A stretch of DNA of 24,426 nt from a virus. Its lineage: Duplodnaviria; Caudoviricetes. Numbering within the stretch: the first letter of the stretch is position 1; each line of letters begins with the position of its first letter. Position numbers and translations under genes: made by a program. This document shows positions 1-8,564 of the stretch, in pieces. The notes under the pieces were generated by a model that was not told the DNA's origin, made no database searches, and saw only the letters and a list, made by a program, of their open reading frames with translations. The stretch is taken from the IMG/VR virus record IMGVR_UViG_3300020045_017368, positions 1 through 24,426 of that record; one strand, written 5' to 3'.

Positions 1-1800
1 AGAAAAGAGGCAGACTTGCTTGACAAGATCAGCGATGTCTTTGCCACAGCTTATGCAGACAAAACAGGATTGGGCAAAAAGCAGCTGCTCACCCTGATGA
101 AAGAAGAGACCTGGTACACGCCGGAAGAGGCGATTGCAGCCGGGTTCGCAAACGAAATTGCCGGAGATGTTTCCGAGGGTGATAAATCCGCACGGTTTGA
201 CCTCTCCGTTTTTAACCACGTTCCACAAGCAATCAGGCAGGGAGCAGCCCGGCCTAACAAGGAGAACAAAAATATGGACCCTAAATTAAGAGCCCTTTTG
301 GAGCGGCTGGGGCTGAAAAAGGACGCCACTGACGAACAGGCCGCGCAATTTCTGGCCAAGATCAATCTGGAGGATGTCGCAGATCCTGAAGAATTAAAAA
401 CCATTAAGCAGGCCATGGCCAAGCAACAGGCATCACCACCGGCAAATGGTTCCCCGGCAGGGCAGGCATTCAGCCAGGCGGACCTTGACGCGGCTGCTCA
501 GCGGGCAGCAACCGAAGAGCGTCAGCGCTCTGCTGAAATCAGAAAGTCCTGCATGCTGGCCGGTATGGCTGACGAATTTGCCCAGTGGCTGATCGACGGC
601 GGCAAAAGTGTTGAGCAGGCCAGAACCGATATTTTTGCTGAGATGGAAAAAACCAATAAGCCCTTGGGTGCTGGTCGAATCGCCATGGGTGAAACTGATA
701 AAGAAAAATTTCGTTCTGCCGTCGTGGATGGTCTCTCTTTCCGGTGCAACTTCCGGGCTGAAAAGCCTGCTGTAGGTCATGAAACTTTTCGGGCAGCATC
801 CATTGAGTTTATTGCCAGACAGTGCCTGGAGCGTATGGGCGTAAATCATTACGCTTTTTCCACCCGGGATCAGGTTGCCAGGGAGATCCTGCGCAGGTCC
901 GGCCAGGGCGGCGGGTTTACCACCGACGATTTCACAAGTATTTTCTTGGACGTCTCCAACAAGACTCTCCACAAGGCCTACCTCGACGGCCCGGCAACAT
1001 GGCGGCCATTGGTGAATGTTGTGGGGGCCTCTGATTTTAAAACCATGTACGGGGTATCCCTGAGCGAAGCACCATCCCTTGATTTGGTTGGAGAGAACGG
1101 AGAGTATAAACAGGGCGCCATGAGCGACAATCAGGAAAGTTATTCTGTCGCATCTTACGGAAAATTGATTTACCTGACCCGGCAGATGATCGTCAACGAT
1201 GACATGCGGGCCTTTACCCGCCTGCCTCAGCTCATGGGGTCAGCGGCCAGGAGAAAAGAGTCTGACCTGGTGTGGGCAAAGCTTACCAGCAACCCAACCA
1301 TGAACGACAGTGTGGCATTGTTCCATACTGCCAGTCACGGCAACCTGGCGTCCAGCGGCGCGGCCGTATCGTCCACGACCCTGAGCGCCGGTCGAAAAGC
1401 CATGCGTACCCAGAAGGGATCCGGAGGCCAGGCATATCTTGATTTGCAGCCTGCTTTCCTGGCTCACCCTGTTGCCATTGAAACCTCGGTTGAAATCCTG
1501 CTGCGGTCTGCCGCGTTGCCGGATGACAATAAATCGTCCGGTGTTTACAACCCATGGGGAGGGAAGCTGACACCTGTATCTGATCCTCGTCTTGATGCGA
1601 ACTCAGAAACGGCCTGGTATCTCATTGCAGACCCGAGCCAGATAGACACCATTGAGGTAGCGTATCTGGACGGTAATGAAATGCCATATACCGAAGAGCA
1701 GATCATGTTTGAACGCGATGCCGTCGGTTACAAGATTCGGCATGATGTGGGTGTTGGTGTCATGGATTACCGTGGATTTTATAAAAACGCCGGGCAGTAA
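1..1800 (+). CDS. Fused ClpP-like prohead protease (C-terminal end only) / scaffold / major capsid protein; 5' end lies outside the window
   Basis: Frame 1 is open from base 1 (RKEADLLDKI...). ETWYTPEEAIAAGFANEI resembles the C-terminus of phage ClpP (S14) proteases. It is followed by an Ala/Gln-rich scaffold-like segment and a Mu gpT-like capsid region (YGKLIYLTRQMIVNDDM...IEVAYLDG...DYRGFYKN). Confidence 0.9.
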   Translation, partial: RKEADLLDKISDVFATAYADKTGLGKKQLLTLMKEETWYTPEEAIAAGFANEIAGDVSEGDKSARFDLSVFNHVPQAIRQGAARPNKENKNMDPKLRALLERLGLKKDATDEQAAQFLAKINLEDVADPEELKTIKQAMAKQQASPPANGSPAGQAFSQADLDAAAQRAATEERQRSAEIRKSCMLAGMADEFAQWLIDGGKSVEQARTDIFAEMEKTNKPLGAGRIAMGETDKEKFRSAVVDGLSFRCNFRAEKPAVGHETFRAASIEFIARQCLERMGVNHYAFSTRDQVAREILRRSGQGGGFTTDDFTSIFLDVSNKTLHKAYLDGPATWRPLVNVVGASDFKTMYGVSLSEAPSLDLVGENGEYKQGAMSDNQESYSVASYGKLIYLTRQMIVNDDMRAFTRLPQLMGSAARRKESDLVWAKLTSNPTMNDSVALFHTASHGNLASSGAAVSSTTLSAGRKAMRTQKGSGGQAYLDLQPAFLAHPVAIETSVEILLRSAALPDDNKSSGVYNPWGGKLTPVSDPRLDANSETAWYLIADPSQIDTIEVAYLDGNEMPYTEEQIMFERDAVGYKIRHDVGVGVMDYRGFYKNAGQ

Positions 1801-1827
1801 TCCGGTTTAAATAAAGGAGAATTTGTT

Positions 1828-2589
1828 ATGGCGACTAATTATATTCAACAAGGCGATGTGATCAAGCTGCCGGTTACCGCCGGGAAAACGTCCGGGGCGC
1901 ATGATATGGTAGGTGGGATCCCTGTGGTCTGTCTGACGGACCGGGACAGCGACGGGTATGCGGAATGCGCCACAAAAGGTGTATTTGACCTCTCCGTTAC
2001 CGGTGCGGACGGATCAGGCAATTCCGCCGTGTCTGTCGGGGATACGCTCTACAATGACAGCGGCACTCTAAACAAGGACGGCGTTAACGGAACTGAATTT
2101 GGCGTTGCTCTGGAAACGGTGGGGTCTGGTGAAACCGCAACCATTAATGTATTGCTGAAAAAACACAGTTCATCCGCCCCAAATGCCGGGGCTGTGTCTA
2201 TTTCAGACGCCGGGGCATATACCTCGGCGTCTACCGTGGAAGCTGCTCTCCAGGAGCTCTATCCAAAGGCGGCTGTGGCCATTACAGACCCTGGCAATGC
2301 AGGGGCTATTCCGGTTACAAGGTCCGGATCCGTGGCGATTACCACGGCGGGTGCTGAAACAAGGACCCTGGCTATCCCTGGACTGGCAGGTATTACCCTG
2401 GCCGTTAGTCTGGATGTGCGTGTTGGAGACTGCGTTATCACTGCGGCTGCAGCAATCAACCAGACCGGTAATAACACCATCACGTTGAATACTGCCGGGG
2501 ACACCATTGTCTTGATTGCTGTCAAGGTAGGCGGTGCCCTTGTGTGGCGGGTAGTGGTCAATGATGGATGTTCATTGACTACGGTATAG
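1828..2589 (+). CDS. DUF2190-like capsid cement/decoration protein with C-terminal head-fibre-like extension
   Basis: AAGGAG RBS. The N-terminus MATNYIQQGDVI...ATKGVFDL fits DUF2190 proteins that follow ClpP-capsid fusions. There are ~140 extra residues including DAGAYTSASTVEAALQEL. Confidence 0.7.
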   Translation: MATNYIQQGDVIKLPVTAGKTSGAHDMVGGIPVVCLTDRDSDGYAECATKGVFDLSVTGADGSGNSAVSVGDTLYNDSGTLNKDGVNGTEFGVALETVGSGETATINVLLKKHSSSAPNAGAVSISDAGAYTSASTVEAALQELYPKAAVAITDPGNAGAIPVTRSGSVAITTAGAETRTLAIPGLAGITLAVSLDVRVGDCVITAAAAINQTGNNTITLNTAGDTIVLIAVKVGGALVWRVVVNDGCSLTTV

Positions 2590-2601
2590 GCAGCAAATAA
2601 C

Positions 2602-2949
2602 GTGACTACGTTAAAAGAACATATGTCTAATGATTTGTCCGTGTTTTATGACACGGACGAATTTGCCGTTGATGCGCAGTACACGCCCAAAGCCACTGGT
2701 GTTGCTGTCCAGGTAAAAGTTATTGTTGATGAAGGTGTTGTAGAAAATGATGACGGCATGCAGAGCGATGACTTTGAGCATATCTTGACATGTGAACGGG
2801 ATACCAGGTCAGGATTTGGCAGCTTTATTACCCGGTCTGTGATTACGGTCCGGGTGCGGGTGTCTGATGTGGCCGTGCCTGCGGTCTATGATGAGATAGA
2901 CATTGACGGCTCTGTTTTCCGGGTGGTGGAGATGTACGATCGTGCTTGA
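2602..2949 (+). CDS. Head-tail joining/adaptor protein (putative)
   Basis: 115 aa. DLSVFYDTDEFA start and DEIDIDGSVFRV end resemble lambdoid head-tail joining proteins; synteny. Confidence 0.6.
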   Translation: MTTLKEHMSNDLSVFYDTDEFAVDAQYTPKATGVAVQVKVIVDEGVVENDDGMQSDDFEHILTCERDTRSGFGSFITRSVITVRVRVSDVAVPAVYDEIDIDGSVFRVVEMYDRA

Positions 2950-3607
2950 AATTTATCTGGATAAACGCGGGGAATTTGCAATTGAAAATATGGAGATTTT
3001 GCTCAATGCGTTTCCTCAGTATGCTGAACGGGCTGTGGCGTCTGCGCTTAAATCTGAAGGATTTCGCCTGCGGGATTTGGTTAAAGCGGCAATCAGATCG
3101 GGCGGTCCTGACGGTGCTAAATGGGCGAAGCTCAATCCCCATACCGGTGTTTTGTCCAGTGCAAAGAGAGGCACTGTCAAAAATTATAAGCTGGTCTGGA
3201 AAGGCAAAAAGGGCAGCAAGCGCCGTGTCAGGCAATATAAAGACGTCATTTTATCGACTAAAGCCGCGCCTTTGTCAAAATTGGCCGGGGCTGTCCGGTA
3301 TAAATATGATCCTGATGACCAGGCTGTAAGTATCGGGTTCATCCAGAGCGGCGGGGTTTCCCCGGCCATGATCAAGCTGGCCGGTATGCACGCAAAAGGG
3401 TTTGAGACCCGTATTACACCAAAAATGCGTAAAATGCTGTTTGCGCTTGGGTTCCCGGTAAAAAAATCCACCGGTTCCCTGGAGTCACCGGCCAGGCCGG
3501 TTATTGATCCTGTTTTCAGGCAGGAAGAAGGAGACATTATGCGCAATATCGAAAGTAAATTTATGTCTTCTATCTTGAGATATTTTAACGAAAGGGCTGT
3601 GGCATGA
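2942..3607 (+). CDS. Tail completion/neck protein (lambda gpZ / Mu gpG-like, putative)
   Basis: Basic protein with a C-terminal PARPVIDP motif. The likely start is GTG 2942, with GGAG upstream and overlap with the previous gene's end, rather than 2903. Confidence 0.6.
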   Translation: MLEIYLDKRGEFAIENMEILLNAFPQYAERAVASALKSEGFRLRDLVKAAIRSGGPDGAKWAKLNPHTGVLSSAKRGTVKNYKLVWKGKKGSKRRVRQYKDVILSTKAAPLSKLAGAVRYKYDPDDQAVSIGFIQSGGVSPAMIKLAGMHAKGFETRITPKMRKMLFALGFPVKKSTGSLESPARPVIDPVFRQEEGDIMRNIESKFMSSILRYFNERAVA

Positions 3608-4068
3608 CGACATCTATGGAGTTGATTGAGCAGATAACGTCTGCCTTTGCAGGAGACGACTTGATCCGGAACTGGTGTATCCAGACGTTTGGCAGGGCAC
3701 ATACGGTATATATCGATATTGATGAAAACAATCCTCCAAAGCCTGATGTTGATTATCCAGTGATTGCCGTTACAGGACTGAGACAGATCCGTGGCCTGTC
3801 CATCCGGGAGCTCTCCTGGGAACTTGATATTGGCGTCGGCGTTGTGAATGAAGAGGTGTTGTCAGACGGCAACGCAAGAATCATGACGGGCTTCGGACAG
3901 GCCCATGCCTTGAGGGAGATGGCAGAGAACGCCATTTACCGTGTGGGTCTGGGTGATGTCTCCAGCGTGGTGGAGTCTGGCTCTGTAAGTTACTATCCGC
4001 TCTTTATCAGCGGATCAACCATTCCCATTAAAATTTTGAAACCAAACCGCCGGGCCATGCCCGGGTAA
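3604..4068 (+). CDS. Tail terminator protein (gpU-like, putative)
   Basis: ATGA overlap with the upstream gene; 154 aa; YPVIAV motif; lies directly before the tail tube gene. Confidence 0.55.
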   Translation: MTTSMELIEQITSAFAGDDLIRNWCIQTFGRAHTVYIDIDENNPPKPDVDYPVIAVTGLRQIRGLSIRELSWELDIGVGVVNEEVLSDGNARIMTGFGQAHALREMAENAIYRVGLGDVSSVVESGSVSYYPLFISGSTIPIKILKPNRRAMPG

Positions 4069-4080
4069 GGAGATAGTATC

Positions 4081-5046
4081 ATGGCATTAACTTCAACCCC
4101 AAACAATATTCGGTATGGCGGTACAGGCAGGGCTTATGTCGGCGCGGTTGCCGGGTCGTCTTTCGATGATCTCGGAGATCTGGAAAACCTGACATTTACC
4201 CTGTCAGTGTCTACAGAAAAGCTGAAAACAAACCGGAATGCAGCCAAGTCAACCATCCTTGAAGTGGAGACAGAACGAGAAGCCTCGTTGGCATTTGGCC
4301 TGCGGGAAATGTCGAATAACAACCTTAAAATGGCGTTGCTGGCTGATACGATTAACACGGCAAATCAGTCAGCCAGTTATGTCTATCAGGCAGATCCGAC
4401 GCTTGTTAATGATCTCTATGTTGACCTGGGCCACCTGAACGTATTTTCAACAAAGCTGACCGGTACGATTACCGGCACGCTTGCGGTTGGAGATACGGTT
4501 ACTGGTGAGACCTCTGCAGCAACCGGAAAGATTGCTTATAAGGGCACCGGATATATAGAGCTTGTAAATGTATCCGGTACGTTCCAGGCATCTGAGCAAG
4601 TGTACAAAACAGCAGACACGAACCACATTGTGCCAACAGGCATTGAAATCCTCGAAGACGTCGTTGTCACGGATGTGACCGGGGCCACCAGGCGTGTCCA
4701 GGGCACCGATTACTCACTTGACCCGGATTACGGATATATCCGGCAGTTATCCACAGGCACCACAGCCACCACTGATGTGGTCTCATACGACTACGAGGCC
4801 GTAACGAAAAATTATCTGTGGTCCATGGCTGCATCGTCCGTCCAAAAAAAGCTTATTTTTGTATCGGATAAGGACGACCAGGGTCCCCGGCAGCGGTGGA
4901 CGTTCCACAAAGTACAGATTAACCTGAACGGCGACTTCCCCTTGATAGGGTCCGGGGCGGCAATCCTAAATGTGACGGCAACGGTCCTGGCAGACACCAC
5001 CCAGCCGTCCGGCCAGGAATACTTTAAAACTGAGATTATGGAATAA
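4081..5046 (+). CDS. Major tail tube protein
   Basis: AAGGAG RBS; Thr-rich beta protein (GTGRAYVG...LGDLENLTFT...LADTTQP); position before the chaperones and tape measure gene. Confidence 0.8.
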   Translation: MALTSTPNNIRYGGTGRAYVGAVAGSSFDDLGDLENLTFTLSVSTEKLKTNRNAAKSTILEVETEREASLAFGLREMSNNNLKMALLADTINTANQSASYVYQADPTLVNDLYVDLGHLNVFSTKLTGTITGTLAVGDTVTGETSAATGKIAYKGTGYIELVNVSGTFQASEQVYKTADTNHIVPTGIEILEDVVVTDVTGATRRVQGTDYSLDPDYGYIRQLSTGTTATTDVVSYDYEAVTKNYLWSMAASSVQKKLIFVSDKDDQGPRQRWTFHKVQINLNGDFPLIGSGAAILNVTATVLADTTQPSGQEYFKTEIME

Positions 5047-5047
5047 C

Positions 5048-5389
5048 ATGAGAAAAACAAAGTCTATAAAGATTGATGATCTTGAAATAAATGTCAAAGA
5101 GCTGCGGGTGAAAGATATCAGGCAAATATTAAATAGTTTGTCTGATATCCGTGGAATCAATGATGCCATGGCATTATTGCCTATGGCAACTGATTTGCCG
5201 GTTGAAAAACTTGATGAGATGGCCCCGTCTGAACTCAATCAGGTTTGGGAGGCTGCCCGTGAGGTTAATGATTTTTTTTTGGGCATGCTGGAAAAAAGCG
5301 GGATGATAACTGCCCTGAGAAGCTCGATACAGAACAACTTGACCGCATCATTTGTAGAGTTATCCAAGCCGGGCACATTAATTGTTTAG
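5048..5389 (+). CDS. Tail assembly chaperone (gpG-like)
   Basis: 113 aa between tail tube and tape measure genes; VKELRVKDI...PSEL...REVNDFF pattern. Confidence 0.8.
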   Translation: MRKTKSIKIDDLEINVKELRVKDIRQILNSLSDIRGINDAMALLPMATDLPVEKLDEMAPSELNQVWEAAREVNDFFLGMLEKSGMITALRSSIQNNLTASFVELSKPGTLIV

Positions 5390-5535
5390 ATTACGGTTTT
5401 ACATTTTTTTTAACGGCAAACGTGCAGGCCCAAAAGTTTGAAGCGGATAAGTTGCGCAATATGGCTATGGCGGTAAGGATCTGTCAATTCTCAGACCAAG
5501 AAGCGTGGGAAGAATTTTTAAAAGATGGCGAATGA
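5272..5535 (+). CDS. -1 frameshift extension of the tail chaperone (gpGT/T part); absent from the ORF track
   Basis: The -1 frame opens right at the T9 run (5272-5280) and runs to TGA 5533-5535: ...QLDRIICRVIQAGHINCLDYGFTFFLTANVQAQKFEADKLRNMAMAVRICQFSDQEAWEEFLKDGE. Confidence 0.8.
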   Translation, partial: FFFGHAGKKRDDNCPEKLDTEQLDRIICRVIQAGHINCLDYGFTFFLTANVQAQKFEADKLRNMAMAVRICQFSDQEAWEEFLKDGE

Positions 5536-8122
5536 ATTAAAAATAGTCATATCGGCGGTGGGAAAGGGGATAAAAGAGACAACAAATTCCCTTGTTTCAG
5601 GGCTTGATAAAGGCGTTGCGGCCATAAAAACATTTAATGCCTCTATTACCGGTGGTAAAAAAGTTGCGTCTGGGCTTACAGATCAGATTAAGGGTCTTAT
5701 CGGGGCTTATGCTGGATTTTCTGCTGTTTCGGGTGCTGTTGATATTGTAAAAGATTCAGAAACCGCTTTTTACAATCTCCAGTCCTCAGTTAATGCGGCA
5801 AGCCGGGAATTTGAGAATACCGGAAGCGTGGAAGAATGGGAACAATCTATCAGTAGATTGTCTGATGAGCTGGTGATTTATTCCGATACAGCCCTGGCCA
5901 ATGCAATATCAAAAACCGTTGATATGACTAAACGCCTTGGGCTATCAAAAGAACAAATGGAAGAGGTTATCAAACGATCTGCAGATTTAGGTGCAGGTAA
6001 GTTTGAGCTTGGGGAGTCTGTTGAGCGCGTAACGGCTGCATTGCGCGGAGAGGCTGAGGCGTCAGAGGCTCTTGGTTTGACTCTGAATGAAGATTATATC
6101 AAATCTTGGTACAACGCGAACGATGCGACGCAAAAAGCCTGGAAAGAGTTGACGGATGTTGAAAAGGCTCAGGTCAGGTATAAAGTCCTGCTTGAACAAT
6201 CGAATGAACTGCAAGGAAAGGCAGCTGGCAGCGCAAAGACGTTTTCTGGTGCATTAAAATTAATACGTAAAGAAATTGAAAATGCTGTCAGTAAAAATAA
6301 AGACTTTGTCAGCGCGATGAAAGATCTTGCCCAGGTGTTAAGAGATAACGCAGGGGAGATCGGGACATTTATTTCTCAGTTGATATCAGGTGTCGCAAGG
6401 CTGGTTGAATTCGCAGCAAAATATAAAGAGGTGCTGGTTGTGATTGCCGGAACGGCCGTTACGGTGTCAGTTGTTTCCAAACTGGTTTCTATTTTCAAAG
6501 GATTGAATGCCGCGTTCGTTGTTTTGACTGGGTCCGGCATCGTTGGGTTTGTTGGATCGTTGAGGACGGCTATTGCCGCAGCTGCGACCGAAACGACAGC
6601 GTTAGGCGTAGCGTTTAAAGGTTTGGTTGTCCTGGCTGCAGCGCAGGGGGTTGTGAATATCATTAAAGCCGCAGCTGCTTTTTTAGAAATGCGGGATGCT
6701 CAGGATCATGCGAAGGAGTCACAGGATAACCTGTTCAAAACGACAGAAAAAATAATGCAAAAGTTCGTTGAATTCAAAGATGTTAAACTGCCAGATGATA
6801 TAACAGGGACAGCCCCTGCGGAGCTTGAGGAATTGCGGCAAGTATTGCAGAGCGCAAAGGCATATTGGACTGCGTTGCAGGTAGAGATGCAATCAAAAGC
6901 TGAAGAGACAACAATGCTTGGCACTGCAACAAAAGAGGCAATTGAAGCACAAGCTCAATTACAAATAGCAAATCAGCGTCTTGCAGAAATAGATAGTGGT
7001 CTGGCTAAAATAAAAACATCCGGAGAGGCTGCCGGTGAAGGGCTGGCAAAGCCTACTGAGTCTATTAAGGCAACCAAAGAACAGCTTGATGAGTTTGAAA
7101 AACAGGCCACTGCAGCGTATGAAGCAGCGACAGCAGAGGCCAAAAAATATGGTGAGGAAGTTATCTCCTGGGAAGAGAAAATCCAGGAAGCCAGGATGTC
7201 AACTGAAGACAAACTGCGGGAATTGACTCAAAAAACCATGACCGATGAACAGGCGTGGAATGATGAGCGCCTGCAGGCAGACGAAAAGCTTTATGCAGCC
7301 AAGGAGGCATTGCGAGGTGGCGATTATGAGCTTGCCGAAACACTTGCGAAAGACGCTGAAGGACTGTACGCAGGACTTGCGCAAGAGATAAAGTCATCTA
7401 CCGAAGACGGAGAAGAGACTATTGTAAAAAGTCTTGAGTCAACTGTTGATGTGGCAAAGCAAGGTGTGCAGACGGTTGGCGATTTTATGACCAGCTTATA
7501 TTCGGCACAGAAGGAAAACGCTAAGGCCGCTCAATCAACATGGGAAGCCTCGGCGGCGACAATAAAGGCAAGCCTGGACGAGATAGCGAAAGAACGGTCT
7601 GTGAATGTTAAAGTCGAGCTAAAAAATATTGAGGCTGCACAATCTGCCATTAATAAGCTCACAAAAGACGAAACAAAGTATATCACTGTGGTAACAAAAA
7701 ATGTTGAGGCAAAACAGACGGGTGGCCCGGTTGGTTTTGCAAGTGGCGGTAAACTTCCCGGGTATGGCGGCGGTGATAGAATCCGAGCGTTGCTCGAAGC
7801 CGGGGAATTTGTGATCCGGAAAGAGGCTGTTTCAAAATACGGGGCCGGGTTGTTTCATGCGTTGAATGCCATGAAAGCGGACTTCCCTGGAATGGTAAGA
7901 GCCAGGCTTGGGGGATTGATATCAAACATTTCTATGCCGGTGCAAAAATTCGCCGCAGGCGGAATGGCATTTCCTGGCGGCGCATCCGAAACGCTTGTGG
8001 TTAGGTTCCAGGCCGGGGATATCGAGGCCCCTGTTAAAATCACAGATCACGACTCAAGGCTGGCAATGAAACAACTGGCAAAAGAGATGTCCAGGATGAG
8101 GATGGTCTATTCAAATGTCTAA
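5525..8122 (+). CDS. Tail tape measure protein (865 aa)
   Basis: Long Ala/Glu/Lys-rich helical protein with a central hydrophobic segment and the C-terminal GGGDRIRALLEAGEFVIRKEAV motif typical of siphoviral TMPs. Confidence 0.93.
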   Translation: MANELKIVISAVGKGIKETTNSLVSGLDKGVAAIKTFNASITGGKKVASGLTDQIKGLIGAYAGFSAVSGAVDIVKDSETAFYNLQSSVNAASREFENTGSVEEWEQSISRLSDELVIYSDTALANAISKTVDMTKRLGLSKEQMEEVIKRSADLGAGKFELGESVERVTAALRGEAEASEALGLTLNEDYIKSWYNANDATQKAWKELTDVEKAQVRYKVLLEQSNELQGKAAGSAKTFSGALKLIRKEIENAVSKNKDFVSAMKDLAQVLRDNAGEIGTFISQLISGVARLVEFAAKYKEVLVVIAGTAVTVSVVSKLVSIFKGLNAAFVVLTGSGIVGFVGSLRTAIAAAATETTALGVAFKGLVVLAAAQGVVNIIKAAAAFLEMRDAQDHAKESQDNLFKTTEKIMQKFVEFKDVKLPDDITGTAPAELEELRQVLQSAKAYWTALQVEMQSKAEETTMLGTATKEAIEAQAQLQIANQRLAEIDSGLAKIKTSGEAAGEGLAKPTESIKATKEQLDEFEKQATAAYEAATAEAKKYGEEVISWEEKIQEARMSTEDKLRELTQKTMTDEQAWNDERLQADEKLYAAKEALRGGDYELAETLAKDAEGLYAGLAQEIKSSTEDGEETIVKSLESTVDVAKQGVQTVGDFMTSLYSAQKENAKAAQSTWEASAATIKASLDEIAKERSVNVKVELKNIEAAQSAINKLTKDETKYITVVTKNVEAKQTGGPVGFASGGKLPGYGGGDRIRALLEAGEFVIRKEAVSKYGAGLFHALNAMKADFPGMVRARLGGLISNISMPVQKFAAGGMAFPGGASETLVVRFQAGDIEAPVKITDHDSRLAMKQLAKEMSRMRMVYSNV

Positions 8123-8561
8123 ATTCAGACTTTTTTCAACTGATATCGCGGCCACCGTGACGCCTGACAGCGTTACGCCTGCCCCTGCAACGCTTATTGT
8201 TTTTGATCAGGACCCGTTGCACTCGGAATATAATCCGGCAGGTGCAACACAGGACAGGGGATCTGTGATCCGTACCCTGGGCGGTACCGTGATCCAGGAC
8301 TTTGGTGTGGTGGAGAGCGACGGGCTTATCTCGTTTTCTGATACGGATGCGTTATCCGGGACGACTGCGGCAGCATTAAAAACAGCGTATGAAACAGTTG
8401 ATGGACAATTTTACTTCACTGACGGATATAATTGTTGGAAAGTGCAATTCAGTCGCAACCCTATTGGGTACAGGTCTTGGCGTAACCTTCTTTTCTCATA
8501 TTACGGAACACATATGTTTTCTTATGAAATTCAACTTCTTGTTGTCTCTGAGGCGGTGTAG
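8115..8561 (+). CDS. Distal tail protein-like (putative)
   Basis: 148 aa immediately after the TMP gene; RTLGGTVIQDF motif; synteny only. Confidence 0.5.
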   Translation: MSKFRLFSTDIAATVTPDSVTPAPATLIVFDQDPLHSEYNPAGATQDRGSVIRTLGGTVIQDFGVVESDGLISFSDTDALSGTTAAALKTAYETVDGQFYFTDGYNCWKVQFSRNPIGYRSWRNLLFSYYGTHMFSYEIQLLVVSEAV

Positions 8562-8564
8562 GTT

